NCBI GenBank assembly: GCA_963791045.1
Contig: CAWBQK010000016.1
Coordinates: forward strand, 1 to 20,834
Source: Candidatus Latescibacterota bacterium
Lineage (GTDB): Bacteria; Krumholzibacteriota; Krumholzibacteriia; WVZY01
Length of the DNA: 20,834 nucleotides
Reading direction: 5' to 3'
The notes under the pieces are model-generated. The model did not search any database. It was not told the origin of the DNA and worked only from the letters and a program-made list of their open reading frames with translations. The first letter of the stretch is position 1, and each line of letters begins with the position of its first letter. Of the stretch, positions 18,997-20,834 are shown piece by piece. The position numbers and the translations under genes were made by a program.

Positions 18997-19048
18997 GGAC
19001 GCCACTGTTGGTAGCAAAGTACGCCACTATTGGTAGCAAGCGGTGCCA
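18997..19048 (+). repeat. Tandem 22-bp direct repeats (2 full + 1 partial), putative iterons/origin
   Basis: GGACGCCACTGTTGGTAGCAAA (18997-19018) and GTACGCCACTATTGGTAGCAAG (19019-19040), plus an in-register GCCA at 19045. The array begins 2 bp after the Pgp2-like stop. Confidence 0.75.
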
Positions 19049-19577
19049 GAACTCGCAACACCGCAAAGAGTTACAAGGCCAAATTTCGCTTAGGTATTCT
19101 TTAGGAATACAGAAAGAGACGACGGCTCTCGCTATGCGTCGCCGTCTATTTGAGGCGGTAAACGCACCAAACCACGCCATATGTCAACATCTCGACACCC
19201 GCCTGGCAGCGACAAAGCTGTCTAACCCGTTACCACGCACAATAATGGCCCGCCGTTGCCGCCCTAAGCCCTTGTCAATTCGTACCTTAGAAAACCAAAA
19301 GAGCCTGTTTTTGATTGTGGATTGTATGCGGAATAGCGGAAGGAATTACGGCGCTTGCAGTTATACGATCAGCGGACTAATTGCGAGAAAGTTGAACGGA
19401 CTTAACCTATTGTCACATAAAGAAATAACCCCCCTAGTTAACATAATGGGGATTAGACGCCACGCCAACGAGAGAGGGGATTATCCGGTATACCGCACGG
19501 GGAAGGGCTCCTACCAACGATTTACCGCCGGAATTCTCACACATCGCCCGTTGCGTGTCAAGCGTGGAAGCGCTCGA

Positions 19578-20015
19578 TCACTTGTTGCCGTCGTACTTGC
19601 CTTTCACACCGCCCCAGGTGTTTTCCTGTGCCGGTACCGTGCCGCCTGGCCCCCACCGACCACAACTTACCCACTCCGGCGGTTGCGTGTCATCCCTGAG
19701 CATCCACGCGTATCCGTCTTGGGTGATTATCGAACCGTGAGACCAGAACTTGATGTTGGACACGGGAGCGGGAAGCTCGTTTGGAATCGAAAATCTTTCC
19801 TCGGCTGGTACCCACTTGGGATTGAACGTGCCGTCAGGATCTTTAAGCTCAATGACCCATGTCCGTCCAAATTCATCGAGTGCCAAGTAACCACCACCCG
19901 CGATGATTCCAGGTCCCGGGAACACTCCGGTTGCCTCGCTTGCGGGCATGGTCCACTGCGTCACGACGATTCCTACGAGTACACCAATCGTGATGTAGAG
20001 CAATCGATTCTTCAC
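19578..20015 (-). CDS. Small secreted protein with C-terminal TWGxxK motif
   Basis: GGAGG RBS and GTG start, N-terminal signal/TM segment (MKNRLLYITIGVLVGIVV), C-terminus VPAQENTWGGVKGKYDGNK. Confidence 0.8.
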   Translation of the reverse strand: MKNRLLYITIGVLVGIVVTQWTMPASEATGVFPGPGIIAGGGYLALDEFGRTWVIELKDPDGTFNPKWVPAEERFSIPNELPAPVSNIKFWSHGSIITQDGYAWMLRDDTQPPEWVSCGRWGPGGTVPAQENTWGGVKGKYDGNK

Positions 20016-20030
20016 GTTAGTCGCCCTCCG

Positions 20031-20349
20031 TTATTTGTCGCCGTCGTACTTGCCCTTGATGTTACCCCACGTTTCCGGGGCCACGGGAACCTGGCCCATT
20101 TCGCCGGTCCAGAAGTTGCCGAGGTAGGTTGCCGGTTGGGTGTAGGGAGAGGTCAAATTAGACCGTTGATTAAAATACGCATCGCCGGTGTCAGTAATAA
20201 CATATTCCGTATCCGACCAGGTGGCGTATCCGGGCAATCGAACTCCCCACTTGCGCCTGTACAGTTCGCCTCCTCGAGATGAAACCCGATCATCGCAGAC
20301 ACCATCAGACAAAGCACTCCAATCCAGAGCACACTAATCGTTTCGCCAT
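20031..20349 (-). CDS. Small secreted protein with C-terminal TWGxxK motif (two apparent frameshifts)
   Basis: GGAGG RBS at 20356-20360 and ATG at 20349 (MAKRL). The hydrophobic VLWIGVLCLMVSAMIGF is in one frame and the body ending VPVAPETWGNIKGKYDGDK is in another. Confidence 0.65.
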
Positions 20350-20427
20350 GAGTCACCTCCGTTGTTAAGGGAATGCCCCATTGTAGCACAGCGGAGGGTC
20401 CTACATGACTACTACTAGGAGGTATGA

Positions 20428-20834
20428 ATGGATTCATCCAACCCCGTTGCCACGAAGGACGCAGGCGGTCGACCACCGTCACACGGTCTCTACCAGTACC
20501 TTTCCCTCAACACCGACCACTGGCCCGAGGAGATGCGGAACACCTACACCGCACGGTACACGCAGCTAATGAACCTCGAGCATGTGGACCAGGAGCTAGA
20601 TGCGGGCCTTGTGTCGCAAGTCTCACGTTACGAGGTGTTGTTGGATCAGGTGTGGGGTTTTCTCGCTGAGAATGGCCTGTTTGACGCCAATGGGAACCAT
20701 CACGCGATACTCAACATGTTAGGCCATTACGAAAACTCACTCACTCGGATGTACGACAAGCTAGGACTCACACCCGAGAGCCGAAAGCGACTGGTGTGGC
20801 TAAGAAGAAAAAAGGATTGTGGAGTCACTGGAGC
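20428..20834 (+). CDS. Phage terminase small subunit, P27 family; 3'-truncated by the window edge
   Basis: AGGAGGT RBS and ATG at 20428. Translation: MDSSNPVATKDAGGRPP...YEVLLDQVWGFLAENGLFDANGNHHAIL...LTRMYDKLGLTPESRKRL. LGLTPxSRxRL is the P27 TerS signature. Absent from the ORF track because there is no stop in the window. Confidence 0.75.
   Translation, partial: MDSSNPVATKDAGGRPPSHGLYQYLSLNTDHWPEEMRNTYTARYTQLMNLEHVDQELDAGLVSQVSRYEVLLDQVWGFLAENGLFDANGNHHAILNMLGHYENSLTRMYDKLGLTPESRKRLVWLRRKKDCGVTG

Larger units (their letters stand above)
15388..20834. mobile_element. Integrated prophage/satellite-like element at tRNA-Phe; right end outside the window
   Basis: Starts at the broken tRNA. Contains an xis-like HTH, DnaB-like helicase, Pgp2-like protein, iteron-like repeats and a terminase small subunit. 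No integrase is seen inside the window. Confidence 0.85.

Noticed and set aside
18997-19040. 22-bp repeats as a mini-CRISPR
   Set aside because: They are directly tandem with no spacer and no cas genes, so an iteron interpretation fits better.
18987-20282. 431-aa plus-strand ORF
   Set aside because: It runs across the iterons and antisense to two genes with good RBS, signal peptides and shared tails. It has no recognisable motifs, so it is likely a shadow ORF.
20424-20669. 81-aa ORF from ATG 20424
   Set aside because: The overlapping frame from ATG 20428 has better RBS spacing and carries the terminase small-subunit motif.

Overview
Positions 1-15.3 kb are intact host chromosome of a GC-rich diderm bacterium. 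The FlgD-Ig/T9SS-like C-terminus and the TWGxxK C-terminal motifs suggest an FCB-affiliated lineage such as Latescibacterota or Krumholzibacteriota (inference). This part holds an OmpA/TSP3-repeat protein, mazG, uvrA-galE, a sigma54-driven signalling cluster (GAF pseudo-histidine kinase, PAS histidine kinase, single-domain response regulator) and a 1542-aa secreted repeat protein. At about 15.36 kb a tRNA-Phe(GAA) gene breaks off just after its anticodon loop, and an integrated element runs to the window end. The element encodes an excisionase-like HTH, a frameshifted DnaB-like helicase and a protein that closely resembles Chlamydia plasmid Pgp2, followed immediately by 22-bp iteron-like repeats. 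It also carries two small secreted TWG-motif proteins and a P27-family phage terminase small subunit. The best candidate for a new system is this prophage or satellite-like element with a chlamydial-plasmid-type (Pgp1/Pgp2/22-bp iteron) replicon outside Chlamydiae. Family assignments come from recalled motifs, not database searches. The many indels in the element may be sequencing errors.
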